From Camelus dromedarius (lineage: Eukaryota), in the NCBI RefSeq assembly GCF_036321535.1, contig NC_087437.1, positions 56,174,001-56,238,000 on the forward strand: a DNA stretch of 64,000 bases, given 5' to 3'. This document shows positions 51,552 through 64,000 of the stretch, one piece after another. A program made the position numbers and the translations under genes. The notes beneath the pieces were generated by a model that was not told the origin of the DNA, did not search any database, and worked only from the letters and a program-made list of their open reading frames with translations. Position 1 is the stretch's first letter; each line of letters starts with the position of its first letter.

Positions 51552-52961
51552 TGGCATGTCAGATCTTATTGGTGTCCCACCCTATTTTGTTTGCCAGGAT
51601 GATACACTCATCTCCCAGACGCTTCAGGTATTGACCACTGACAACTTTTATTTTAGCAATAATGGGGAGATCCCTTAGCACGTCAGTGCTGTCTTATCAG
51701 AAGATGTCTAGGAAATTATGCAACCCTCCACTTTACCAGGGGTCAGTAATCAGTGGTTGACTAATACAAGTATGTAACAGCCCAGCACCCTTGGATACAG
51801 ATAGTGCAACCTCTGTAAACAGCTGAGACTCCAGAACCCTAAATGGGTTCAGGTTTAGGGTGAGTTTTTTCTGAAATCACATCTTTGTCTAGCTTTGTCT
51901 CTTGCCCTATCCTGTTTTCTTCACCCCTTCAAAGGTTTATCCTGAGAGCATTCCCTGAATAAATCACTTGCATAAGATTCTCTGCCTCAGACTCTGCTTC
52001 TAGGGAACCTGATTTAAGATAATTGGTGCCAGAAATCATCCCCAAAAGCAAACTCTAAAGATTTAAGTTTAGAGTTGGATCAGACATCAGCCGGATGGCA
52101 ATGAAGACCCTTTAGTGATGTTGGATAGTTCCTTGGATGTTGTAGCAGCACCATTGCTAAGATGATGGTGATGCATTAGCTTTTGCAGGATCTCTGGCAT
52201 TTGAGAGATACAGGGAAAATAATAAAATTAAGGAACATGAAGTTGGGTGGCTACTGGTGAGTGCCTGCTGGTGCATTCAGGAGAGAAAAATAACTAATCA
52301 TCTATTTAAAACTAAGTGTGAAAGTCAGAGGTCCTCCTTGGTGGTCTTTAGAGAGATCCTTATCACCTACAGCTGGAGGGCATATTGAGCTGGTGACCAG
52401 GCACAGGACTTAATAGTAAGAACAGCAGAATTTCAGAGAAGGTTGAATTCATAGCTTAGGTGACTCTGGATACCATGATAAGACACGTGAGCTTCAGAGA
52501 GTGGGAGAGATAAGCCATACAAAGATCCAGCGGCTTGTCACATCTGTGACCCTTTTAGGGAGCCAATGTTGGGGCACTGGTAAAGCAGAAATTATTGTAC
52601 CTTGTGCATCCTACCATTAAAGAAGAAGCAATGTGCAGCAAATACCACACTTGGGAAAACAGCACTGAATGATTTCGCAAGTGTTGTGGAAAGCTGCCAG
52701 GTTTCAGTAGGGGCCGTGGGCAAGAAAGGGCATGTAGAAGATATGGTATAAGCAGTCCTACCACTTGGGTCATGTGATACAGAAGAGCCTATAATGGTGC
52801 ATGAATTATTTGTAGGAGAAAAAGATGTGTATGGAGTCCCTGGCGAGCTCCAACAGAAGAGTTTCAAACAGGAACCTGAGATTTTGAAACAAGGGCATAA
52901 CCATCGGCAGCAGAGAACACCATTCAAGATGGGGCAGCTGCTGGAATGCTTCTGGGCGTGC

Positions 52962-53431
52962 TGTATTAGTATTCCTTGGAGAAGCAGAACCAATAATATA
53001 TAAAATACATTTATATTTTGTAAATATAAATAAAATTATATATATATTGATGATGGGACTTGGCTCACATGATTATGGAGGTTAAGACGTCCTACCATCT
53101 GCCATCTGCAAGATGGAGACCCAGAAAAGCTGACAGTGTCATTCAGTCCAAATCTAAAGACCAAAAAACCAGAAGCACCAGTGTCTGAGAGCAGGAGAAG
53201 ATGGGTTTCCTGTCTCAGGCAAAGAGCAAATTCACCCTTCCTTTAAGGCCCTTCTGTTCTTCTTGGGCCCTGTGTATATTGGATGATGATGGCCTGCATG
53301 TGTGAGGGAGATCTCCTTTACTCAACCTACTGATTCAAATGCTAATTGCTTCAAACACAACCTCACAGACACATTCATAAATGTGATTTTACAGGTATTT
53401 GTCAAGTTGACACATAAAGTTAACCATCACA
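52962..53431 (-). mobile_element. MLT2 LTR (3' LTR of an ERV-L element)
   Basis: tgtattagt...agaaccaata...gtcaagttgacacataaagttaaccatcaca, preceded on the minus strand by PPT-like GAGTGGACT. Confidence 0.85.
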
Positions 53432-53460
53432 AGTCCACTCTTGTCAACTTGGCATTTAAG

Positions 53461-53914
53461 CACATTTTTTTTAGTTTTAAATTTTATTTTGTATTTTTAT
53501 TGAAGTATAGTTGATTTAAAATATTATATTAGTTTTAGGTGTACAACATAGTGATTCAGTATTTTTATAGTTTATACTCCATTTAAGGTTATTATAAAAT
53601 TTTGGCTGTAGAGTCTGTTCTGTACAATACATCCTGGTAGCTTATTTATTTTATACATAGTTTCTACCTCTTAATCCCTACCCATATCTTGCCCCTCCCA
53701 CCTTACCTCTCCCCACTGATAGCTACTAGATTGTTCTCTATATATGTGAATCTGTTTCTCTCTTGTCATAGTCATTCATTTTACTTCTTTAGATTTCACA
53801 TACCATATTTGTATTTCTCTGTCTGACTTATTTCACTAAGCATAATATCCTCCAATCCATGCATGTTGTTGGAAACTGCAAAATGTATTCTTTTGTATGG
53901 CTGAGTAATCTTCC

Positions 53915-53954
<40 letters not shown>

Positions 53955-56900
53955 TGTGTGTGTATCACAACTTCTTTATCCATTCATCTGTTGATGGACA
54001 CTTAGGACGCTTCCATATCTTTGCTATTGTAAATAGTTCTGTTATGAACATTGGGGTGCATGTGTCTTTTTGAATTAGTGTTTTTGTTTTCTTGGGATAC
54101 AAGAATGGAATGGAATTGCTGGATGACACGGCAGTTCTATTTTTAATTTTTTGAGGAGCCTCCTTACTGTTTTCCATAGTGGCTATACCAATTTACATTC
54201 CTACCAATGGTGTACTAGAGTTCCCTTTTCTCCATATCCTCACCAACGTTTTCTTATTTGTAGTCTTTTTGATGATAGTCATTCTGAAAGGTGTGGTGTG
54301 GTATCTTATTGTGGTTTTGATTTGCATTTCTCTGATTATTAGCGATGTGGAGCATTTATTCGTGTGCCTGTTGGCCATCTGAATGGCTTCTTTGAAAAAA
54401 AATGTCTATTCAGGTATTTTCCCCATTTTTTGATTGTTTTTTTTTTTTTCTGATCTTGAGTTATATGAGCTGTTCATATATTTTGGATATTGTTTTGGTT
54501 ATATCATTTGCAAATATTTTCTCCCATTCAGTAGGTTGTCTTTTATTTTTGCTGATGGTTTTCTTTGCTGTGCAAAAACTTAAGTTTAATTGGGGTCCCA
54601 TTTGTTTATTTTTTTCTTTTTTTTCCTTTTGCTTGAGGAGACATACAAAAATATTGCTACAATTTATGTCAAAGAGTGTTCTTCTAGGAGTTTTATGGCT
54701 TTCAGTCTTACATTTAGGTTTTTAGCCCATTTTGAGTTTACTTTTGTGCAAGGTGTGAGAAAATATTCTAATTGCATTTTTTTTATATGTAGCTGTCCTG
54801 TTTTCCCAGCACCACTTATTGAAGAGGCTATCTTTTCTCTTGTATATTCTTACTTCCTTTGTCATAGATTAATTGACCATAAATGCATGTGTTTATTTTT
54901 GGGAACTCCATTCTGTTCCATTGATCAGAGTGTCTATTTTTGGGTCAGTACTATACTGTTTTGATAACTTAGCTTTGCAATGTAGTCTAAAGTCAAGGAA
55001 CATGATACCCTCAGCTTTGTTCTTTTTTCTCAGGATTGGTTTGACTATCCTGGGTCTTTTCTGGTTCCAGATAAATTTTAGGATTATTTGTTCTAGGTCT
55101 GTGAAAAATGTTATGGGTTGGGATTGCCTTAAATATTTAGATTGCTTAAGGTAATATGGAAATTCTACCAATATTCTTCCAATCTAAGAGCCCAAGATAT
55201 CTTTCCATTTGTATCATCTTCAGTTTCCTTCATCAACATTTTATAATTTTCAGAGTATATAAGCCTTTCACCTCCTTGGTTAAGTTTATTTCTAGGTATT
55301 TTATCCTTTTTGATACAATTTTAAACAGGATTGTTTTCTTCCTTTCTCTTTCTGGTAGTTCACTATTAGTGTATAGAAAAGCAAAGGTTTGTATATATTA
55401 ATCTTATATTTAGCAACTTTACTGAATTTATTTATTTCTAATAGTTTTTGGTAGAGATTTTAGGGTTTTCTATATATAGTATCATGCCATCTGTAAATAA
55501 TGACAGTTTTACCTCTTCCTTCCCATTTTGGATGACCTTTCTTTCTTTCTTTCTTTCTTTTTTTGTCTGATTGGTGTGGCTAGAACACACAATACTATGT
55601 TAAATAGAAGTGGCAAGAGTTTTTTGTTTGTTTTTGTTTTTGTTTTTGTTTTTGTTTTCCTTCTCCTTCAATTCTGAATGATAATCTTGCTAGGTATGGT
55701 ATCATAGATTGTAGGTTTTAAACCTTTTAGCACTTTAAATACATCATGCCACTCCCTTCTGGCCTGCAAAGTTTCTGTAGAAATTCAGCTCGTAACCTTA
55801 TGGGGTTTCCGCTGTATGCCATTCTTTGTTTTTCTCTTGCTACCTTTAGAATTCTCTTTATCTTTAACTTTTGCCATTTTAATTATGATAATTCTTGATG
55901 CAGGTCTCCTTGGATTCATCTCATTTGGGACCCTCTGTTCTTCCTGTACCTGAATATCTATTTCCTTCTTCAGGAAGTCTTTAGCCATAATTTCATTAAA
56001 TATATTTTTGATCCATCTTTCTCTTTCTTCTCCTTCTGGGACCCCCATATTGCAAATACTGATGCTTAATGTTGTCCCAGGGGTTCCTTAAACTGTTGCC
56101 CTCTTTTTAAATTTGTTTTTCTTCTTGTTGTTCTGATTGTGTGATTTCCATTATTCTATTTTTCAGATCACTTATACATTCTTCTTCATCATCTAGTCTG
56201 CTGTTAACTCCTTCCAGTGTGTTTTTCATTTTAGTTATTGTATTCTTCAACTTTGACCAGTTCCTTTTAATATTTTCTAGTTCCTTGTTAAAATTCTCAC
56301 TGTGTTCTTCTGTTCTTTTCCCCAAGTTCAGTTAGCATTCTTAGTACTGAGGCTTTGAACTCTATCTGGTAAATTATTTCTCTCTCTTTTATTAGCTATT
56401 TTTTTCAGGTTTTTTTCTTGTTATTTCATTTGAAACAAATTCCTCCATCTTCTCATTTTGCTTGACTTTATTTATCTCTTGAAATTAGGTGAATAAGTTA
56501 TGCATCCCAGTCTGGGAAGTGGCATCTTTGTGTGGGATCATCTCCATAGAGTCTGCATGTACAGACTTTGGTGGGAGAGCTGGGTCTGAAGTGAACATAA
56601 GTCATGCCTTCCCTCAAGCTGCGCTACCAGCTATCACCTTGGTGGGAGGTGAAGTTGGCAATGGAGGGGCTAGAGCGAGAGCCAGGTGGGAGCTGGGGCT
56701 TCTTCCCTGCTCAGTGATCAGTACTGCCTTATTGGGGATGGGATCAGGTCCCAAGCTGCTGGAGCACAAGGGCACTTGTCTCTGGCTGGGGCATGTGCTG
56801 GGATGGTTGCAGGAAACCAGCTAGACCAGGGCAGTTTCAATCTGCTTCCTCTGTCCTGTTTCAGGAATAAGCAAGTTTGTGTGTGTGTGCTCCTCACAAG

Positions 56901-57274
56901 TCGAGCCTAGGCTTCTTGCTATCCCACTGTCAGTCCACCAGTTTGTGATCAAATGAAGGGGCTTCGGGTCCCAGACCTCAGGGACAACATATATAGTTCA
57001 AACTGCTCACTCCCCAGGGAAGATCTCTGATCCCATGTAATTCCTGTTATCTTCTGTGTCCCCTCCTAGGGGCACAGGTCCCAACATAATCACTTCTCTT
57101 CCCTTCCTACTCAGCTCTGTGTGGATCTTTCTTACAGCCTTCATCATGTAAGAGTCTTTCTGACAGTCCTCAGTTTGTCTTCAGTGAGAATTGCTCTGCA
57201 TGTAAATATGTTTTGATGTGTTCCTTGGGGGAGGTTGGCTGTGTGTCCCCTACTACACCATCCGGCCTCCTTCC
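53461..57274 (-). mobile_element. L1 with 5'UTR, ORF1, 3' half of ORF2 and 3'UTR (internally deleted, inactive)
   Basis: ORF1 remnants (MGVPEGEERE..., coiled coil 56107-56325). ORF2 remnants ([46 protein letters not shown]...DEWIKK). T-rich tail at ~53465. Confidence 0.92.
53917..53962 (+). repeat. (TG)n microsatellite within the L1 3' region
   Basis: 18 perfect TG units, then tc and 4 more. Confidence 0.95.
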
Positions 57275-57275
57275 T

Positions 57276-57809
57276 TTATGTATCTTCCTAAACCTTACTT
57301 AAATCTCCAAATAAAAACAAAAACAAAGTTATAATTTCACCTTACATGATAACAACTATCCTGCATACAACTGAAAATTTACTAGTCTCTTCTCAGGAGG
57401 AGGAAACAAAATAAAGCTATTTACTTAATATATGTATAAATACACACAAAACTTATAACAAAATTAGGAGGAAATACTCACGACTCCTTGTTTTTAATGC
57501 TAGTCACATGATCATAGCTGTTACTCATAACTACCTTCTTCTACTACCCATTCTGTATTTCCTTTGCCTTCAGCAAGCACCTCAGCTGGCCATGGTTCTT
57601 TATGTAGCAGGGTGACCCAAACCTTCATTTCCAAAGGGTCTGGGCCATTAGTGGTCCTGCCTAGATTAGGTGGTTATGCTTTGCCATTGACTTAGTCACA
57701 GGGTATGGCAATACTAAGAGATGCCCTCAGGCTCTCCTGTGTTCTGGACACACTCTACCGTACCTCCATTGGGGAGTAGTAGTCCAACTTCCCCTTCATA
57801 GTCAGGATC
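57276..57809 (-). mobile_element. ERV-L (MLT2-associated) internal 3' region with dUTPase remnant
   Basis: Minus strand from 57809 translates DPDYEGEVGLLLPNGG (dUTPase motif III-like). Contiguous with 53432-53460 across the L1. Confidence 0.8.
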
Positions 57810-60310
57810 GCAAGGAGAGTAAATATCTGGCCAAGGGACATCAAACAACTGTAACACCAGAGCTGCTCATTGTGAGTTGGTAGCTGTCAGACTCACCAAA
57901 TCAGAACTTTAGCAGCCTCAGCAGCAACTACGTATAAAAATGGAAGGGTTATATTTTTAAATGTCACCTTAAGTAGGTCCAAAGGGCATAAGTAAGCTGG
58001 ATAAACAAGTACCTCAGACTTCCATGTTACCCAGCAGTCTCAAAACATACCACCCACATAGCTCACAGTTGTGGCCTCATTGGATGATTCCTTGTGATCA
58101 GTTTAGTAGAAGAAGAAAACAACCCAGAATTGGTCCATGGATGGTTCATCTTGGTGTTTTAGTTTGGGCCCCAAATGGGCTGCTGTTACAAAACAGCCTC
58201 ACTCAGAGGCAACCTTGAAAGACAGTAGTGATGAGAAAATTTGAATAGTAGAGGGTGCTTTGGTCAGCATTATTCATCATCCAATTTTGTTGAGAGATAT
58301 GTGGTTCAAAATAAAGATAAACACAAATGCATGGACGATGGTGGAAGGCTTGGCTAATTGGTTGGAGGCATGTTAGGAGGAAAGAGGTCCAAGGAAGAAG
58401 AATGTGGATGGACATGTGGGAATGGACACAAAGTGAGAGGAATTTACTATCATATGTTAACACCCATCAGAGGGCATCCACTGTCAAAGAGACACAAAAC
58501 AATCAGGTATGGAGGATGATTGGTGCAACAGACTATAAACCAACCTCTGTGCTTGCCAAATAGACTCATAAATGGAGTGTCCGTGGTAACAGAGAGGGAG
58601 ACTATCTATGGACCCAGTGGCATGGGCTCCCTTCTCACTGATGTTGATCTAGATAACGCCCCAGCTAAATGTCCAACCTATCGAGAATCAAAGTCTTGAT
58701 ACTGAACCCCTGATATGATAACATGTTTTGAGGAAACCAACCAAACATTTGATAGTAAGTTAATAACACTGAGCCCCTCTTATCCTGAGAAGGGCAATTC
58801 TTTGTCCTGAGTACAGTGAAACATATTCCATGTGTGTGTTTACCTTTTTATCAGCACTATCTCAGCATGTCATGTAAAGAATTACTGAGTGATCTATAGA
58901 CTGGGATCCCACATAATATCACTTCAGACCCAGAGACCCTTTTAATGGTAAAAGAAGCATGGCGGTGGGAACACAACAAGTAAATCCTCTGGTGTTACCA
59001 ACTAGTGAGCCATTTGGTGGCTGCTGACCTGCATAGAGCATGGAAACACCCATTCAAGGCACGTATGCAAAACCGGTTTGGAGATGAGACCCTGTAAATG
59101 GGGACACTATCCTTCAGGAAGCAATACCTTTATTCTAAACCAATGGCCATGTATGGTGCTGTGTTTCAAATAGGTAGAAAATGAGTTCAGAAACCAAGAG
59201 ATGGAGGAAGGAGTGGCTCTATTATATGATCACTCCAGGACCCAACTGAGAGAATCTGTTTCCTGTTTTCTCAACTTTAGACCCTGTGGACCTAGAGGTC
59301 CTATTTCCTGGAGCAGAGATACTTCTACTCAGAGACATTGCAAAAGTCCCACAGAACTTAAGCCATGGCTGACAGCTGTTCACATAGAATTCTTCAAAAA
59401 GACCAGCAAGCAAAGAAAGGAGTTGCCGTAGTGGCACAATTGTGTACACTAGGGTATTTTAACCTGATGGTCCCCAAGGGTTGCTGTCACTTAATAGGGG
59501 CACGGAAGAATATTTTTGGTACTTAGCTGAACTACAGGATATCTTGTGGCACTTCCATGCCTAACTTAACTGTCACTGAACAAGTACAGCCATCGCTGCC
59601 TGGCAAGGGTAAGGGAACAAGGGTATCAAACCTCTCAGCCATGAGAGTTTGAATCATCTCATCAAAGACACCACAGAGACCATCTGAAGTTCTAGGGGAG
59701 AATAAGAGGAATTTAGAAGGGTGGGAGAAGGAGATGATGAGTATCATTTACAAATTTAAAACCAGCTGCAGCAAAGAAGGCTGTAATTCATCCTAATAAT
59801 GCTCCCCTTACAAGTTTTTTCCAGAAATGTAGACCAACCCAAGAGCAGAAGAAGCTGAGAACAGATGGGTAGAGCTTAGGCTGGGCGGGTGCACCCACCC
59901 CGCAGTGGCTGCAGGTCTTGGCTGCTAACTGCTCAAGCTGACGTGCTTCTCTGGAGGATTGCCCCCAGCTGTTTGAAGCTGTCACACCCAGAGATTTCTA
60001 AGAAGTTAAACTGTCTCCTCCCCCAGGGGTCAGGAAGCTGCCAATGACTAACTAGTGTACAGATTAGATAGTACAGTCCTCCTTTTTCTGGGCAGGAAAA
60101 CGTTTAGGTGCAATCTATGTTCCAGAGTGTTCTATGGGGGCTAGATTGAGCTTAAACCTCTCCTGAAATCACATTTTTGCCTAACTTCATCCTTCGCCTT
60201 TTCTCACTCTCGTTGCTCCCTCACAGGTGTTGGCTGAGTATTTATTCGTAGGTCGCTTGCACAAGATTACCTGTCTTATGCTCTACTTCTGGGTTACCCG
60301 ATCTGAATCA

Positions 60311-60591
60311 GCTGGGCGTGGCAATGGCTGTGTTCCCCCACCTAGGACCACAGTCTCATCTGGCACTCGCTTCTTATAGCTACCGTGCTTCTGCCTGATT
60401 TTGGTAAAGCTCCTGCCCCTTTCCCTTTTAGGGTGCCTTGTGGTAGTGGCTTTCTCCAGTCGAGAGTCCTGAAGTCTTTACCATTCCTCTAATCTTGCTC
60501 ACATCTTTGAAAACAGCCCCTTCATTTAACTCTTCTCCATTACCCCATTTGTGTGTGACATTGATTTCCTGCCACAGTCCTGACTAATATA
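60311..60591 (+). mobile_element. LTR33-like LTR, 3' half
   Basis: tggctgtgttccc...cttgctcacatctttgaaaacagccccttcatttaactc...gatttcctgccacagtcctgactaatata matches the end of recalled LTR33. Confidence 0.7.
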
Positions 60592-60945
60592 ATAGGGTAG
60601 GGACAAGCAAGGAATGACCCGATCAGATTAATGTTTAGAAAGATCAATTTGGCAGCAGTGTAGAGCAGAGATTTTAAGGCAAGCAAATCTGACTGCAGAA
60701 AGGTTATTTAATAGGCTATTGCAATAATCTGGAAAATAATTGAAAAAATTTAAACTTCAATATCCATGAAGATAGCACTTTGCGGGGGAAATTTGAGAAA
60801 TAGGTAGGCAGTAAAATTGGTTTAAGGATTGAAATGTCCTAACTTCCTGAGAGAGCTAAAATCACATATGGTGTCTTCATTAAACAATGGTTGTGTTACT
60901 TCATCAAATACATTTACTCTTACCCTCTAGGAACCTGTGGTCTTT

Positions 60946-61243
60946 TTGCCGAGCCCAAACTCGTTCTGCTCGCCGCACAAGAGGCCAATAAATCGGAAGA
61001 CGAGGTGTTGGGGCAAGGAATAGCGACTTTATTCAGAAAGCCAGCAGACCGAGAGGCTGGCAGACTAATGTCTTGGAGAACCATCCTGCTCTAGTCAGAA
61101 TACAGGCTCCTTTTACACAAAAAATAAGGGAGGGGGTGTGGTTGAATTGTAATCTTGCTGCAGGCATTCTTTTTTCTTGCAGCCATCCCCGTAGGCCAGG
61201 TCATGGTGTCCCTGGAAACCTCCAACAAAACAAAGGTTATTCA
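60946..61243 (-). mobile_element. ERV1-class LTR fragment (relatively CpG-rich)
   Basis: gccgagcccaaactcgttctgctcgccgcac...gacgaggtgttggggcaaggaatagcgactttattc; minus strand carries AATAAA near its 3' end. Confidence 0.6.
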
Positions 61244-63754
61244 CTACTACAGTCTTAGTGGAGAATCATTCCTATTTTGATAGTTATTATAAAAGGTAAG
61301 ACAAAGTAAATGTTATACTAGAGTTGTAAGCAAAAGACTGTGAAAGCACATAATAAAGAATAGCCATCACTCTAAGGTTATAAAGTACAGAATTACCTGA
61401 TTTCTTTAACTAAACATATGTCTTTAAAGTAATGGTTACATTACTAAACTATCCCTGATTAATTTCTTAAATTCCCCAAAAAAACCCATTTGTGGATTTT
61501 TAGACATTCCTCTCCCAAGGACAATGTTTAATTATCTTAATCATATTCACTATTACTATTAAAAGAATTACAAAGAAATGGCTACTAAATATTATTTAAA
61601 GCATCATTAGAATTAGATAGGTTTAATATACATATAAATCGCTAACTCTAAATTTTCATGAGTATAGTGGAGTAATGAATAATATATATGCTATGTATAT
61701 AGACTTCATAATTATACATGCTGTATACTTTATATCATATAAAATATATATGCAAAAATATTAAATTTATATAACACATTAAAATTATAAATGAATATAT
61801 AATTTAGTCTCCATTTTTATTTTGGCAAAACCTTCAGAATCAAGTGATTAAGTTATCCATTGCTCCTCTGGTAATGAATAACGTGTGAAAGTGTAAAAAA
61901 AATACCTAAAGATTTCAGAGAATGGTATGGCCAGAGAATAGGGTACATGAGGATAAATGTCTGGAGAAAAGGTTGTAAAAGTTCACCAAGGCCAAGCTCT
62001 AAAAAAAAACCTTTTTGTCCATGGTAGGAATTTGGTTGGTATTTAGGAACTGATTGGATATTGGCAGAGGAGGGAGGGTCAGGTAACTGTGAGTTTTCCA
62101 GATTGGTTGATTAAGGAGATATAATTCTATTTACCCAGAAGTTTAAGTAGAGTGAATAAGAAGACTGGGCTTTTACTCAGAGAAAAGTATAGGAAAAATA
62201 GGCAAAATTCTGGCCTAGAGAAGGAGTTAACCTAACACTAGTGTTGGCACTGGAATTTGTGAAGTTAGAGTAGAAAGGGATCTGACTAAAGACACCCGTC
62301 CCTGCCCTGGCACACACCGGGCTGCTGTGTTATCTGTGGTAAACTGCATTGTTAGTTCCTGGTTCTTCTCATCTTATCAACCTTGATGGCATCCAAGGAG
62401 ACAGAGAGCTGGCAGGAGCTCAGAGGGGCAGGTAGGCACTCAGGACTTTGGCGTGGATGGATACTATTAGATAATGGGACTTTCATAAATTCTCTTTTTC
62501 TTCTCTGTTATATCTCAACGTGGGGAATTTCTCTTCTTCTCCTCAAATCACACACTCACTGCACTTCAGGAATTTAATTTATCCTCCCTTAGTTACACAT
62601 TCTCTCATTGCACTTAAGGAATTTGAGTTACTTCCTATCAGTTTTGAATCATCCCATTTGGCAGTCCTGGAATCATCTGAACATACTCTCATCTCATTGC
62701 TGTGGTTTCAATCCTCTGTAAACAAGTCTAGTGTTTTTCCCAGGCTCATTCCTTCAGCTGCATCATCTTTTATTCATTTATTTTTTTAAAGGTCCCAGCT
62801 CCATTTCTCTTTAGTGTAAGCAGCATACTGCTATGGAAGAACTTTCTGGAAAGGAAAAAGGAATTCTGGTTCCAGTTTTGCCATCAATGGTTGTTCAGCT
62901 TTAGGCAAGCACTTTACCTCACTCAGCTTCCAGTTACTCATTCATAAAATACAGGAAGAGGCTAAAATAAATACACCTTAGAAACTTCTTATCCGTAAAA
63001 TTCTATGACTTGTAGTTCGTCTTAGATGGCCTGAGAACCTACCCATCTGTTCTCCTTTTATGGGTCATGATTGTATATTTATTACTGTATTTATGGCACT
63101 TACTCATTTATTTATGTCACTTCTATTTATTGAGTTACTAGTAACTATATGCCAGGTGCCAGCTAAATGCAAAGACCACAACAATTATGACCAGTCCTTT
63201 TAGAGCTTACAGGATAACTAGGGATAAAAATGGACATTCACAAGTATGATGAAACAGCAGAAGAGAAAAGTAGAAAGTACTAAGAGATGCAAGATAGAGG
63301 GGTGTCTCCTCGTCAGGAAAGTTTCCATTAGAAGACTTCACCCAGAGACCTAAAGGAAGAGAAAGGAAAGGAGAAAAAACTCCAGACACAGGGAACAGCA
63401 TGTTAGAATGCCTGGGGAGGGGAGAAAGAGCACAAGGATTTGAAGTAAGATCATAGAGCTGGAGAAGCTAGAATGAAGGAGAAAGAAGTATCCAGAGGTG
63501 GTTGTGTGGTCAGATTTTGTTCAGGGCATTTTGAGCTAACAAGGTTTATTCTCTCTCCTGCGGGCAAGAGAAAGCCTCTGAAAAGTTTTAAGTAGGAAAT
63601 ATGCCCTTACCAACTTACATTTTAAGAATTTCAGTCTGGATAATTTCATAATGATAACGAAAGTAAAATCATATCTAAGTTTTATGACATGCTAACTATA
63701 GGCACAGCTATAAATTCTTTACGTAAGCTGTCCTACGTAATCCTCATGATGACT

Positions 63755-64000
63755 GTGTTAGCTTTCTGGGGCTCCTAGGACTGCTGCAACAATTTGCAGG
63801 GAACTGGGTGGCTTAGAATAACGGAAGTTTTTTGTTTTGTTTTGTTTTGTTTTGTTTTGTTTTGTTTTGTTTACAGTTCTGGAGGCCAGAAATCTGAACT
63901 CAAGATGTCTGCAATGCCATGTTCTCTCTGAAGGCTCTGGGGGAGAATTCTTCCTTGTTTCTTCTAACTTCTGGTGCTTGTCAGCAATCCCTGGCATTTC
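63755..64000 (-). mobile_element. MaLR LTR (MLT1B/C-like), truncated by the window end, containing (TTTTG)n
   Basis: aactgggtggcttagaa...acagttctggaggccagaaatctga...ctctgaaggctctgggggagaa. Confidence 0.8.

Larger units (their letters stand above)
51552..60310 (+). mobile_element. Ancient ERVL provirus: LTR16C-like 5' LTR (51552-52021), degenerate internal region, 3' LTR (~59880-60310)
   Basis: Both LTRs share ctgaaatcacat.tttg.cta.ctt...cttgca.aagatt...ctct.cttct. PBS-like tggtgccagaa at 52024. Pol remnants QLLECFWA (ORF 52794) and EVQGRRMWMDMWEW...SYVNTHQR (ORF 58327; RNase H-like). Confidence 0.75.

Noticed and set aside
53965..56325. L1 ORF1/ORF2 fragments as functional genes
   Set aside because: Multiple frameshifts and stops, a large deletion, and the RT catalytic motif mutated (FADD to FTDG).
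39300..64000. CLDN16 exons or a divergent transcript from the CLDN1 CpG island
   Set aside because: No claudin-16-like coding sequence or convincing spliced exon was recognised on the plus strand within the window.
1..64000. CRISPR arrays, operons, rRNA or other prokaryotic-type systems
   Set aside because: No repeat-spacer arrays, gene-dense segments or rRNA similarity; the sequence looks mammalian throughout.

Overview
Mammalian genomic DNA, most likely camelid (two tRNA-Ala-derived Vic-1-type SINEs and a camelid-type L1 3' end). The only protein-coding gene is a complete claudin-1 (CLDN1) on the minus strand. Its four coding exons are 38879-38657, 30186-30022, 27765-27681 and 25944-25782 (223+165+85+163 = 636 nt, 211 aa, all introns GT-AG). 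It has a CpG-island promoter with TATA-like, Inr, CTCF and E-box motifs, and a ~2.5 kb 3'UTR ending at AATAAA 23327-23332. The rest is intergenic or intronic DNA rich in old transposable elements (L1, L2, MIR, hAT, ERVL/MaLR/ERV1 LTRs) and microsatellites. I see no convincing previously undescribed biological system. The most notable observations are: a five-level nested transposon stack (L2 > LTR33 > two-LTR LTR16 provirus > MLT2/ERV-L > internally deleted L1) at ~51-60.7 kb; a symmetric 187-bp pure-purine tract upstream of the promoter; several unusual CLDN1 residues; and candidate alternative/intronic polyadenylation signals. Repeat family names come from recalled consensus similarity, their boundaries are approximate, and comparisons to human CLDN1 are from memory.
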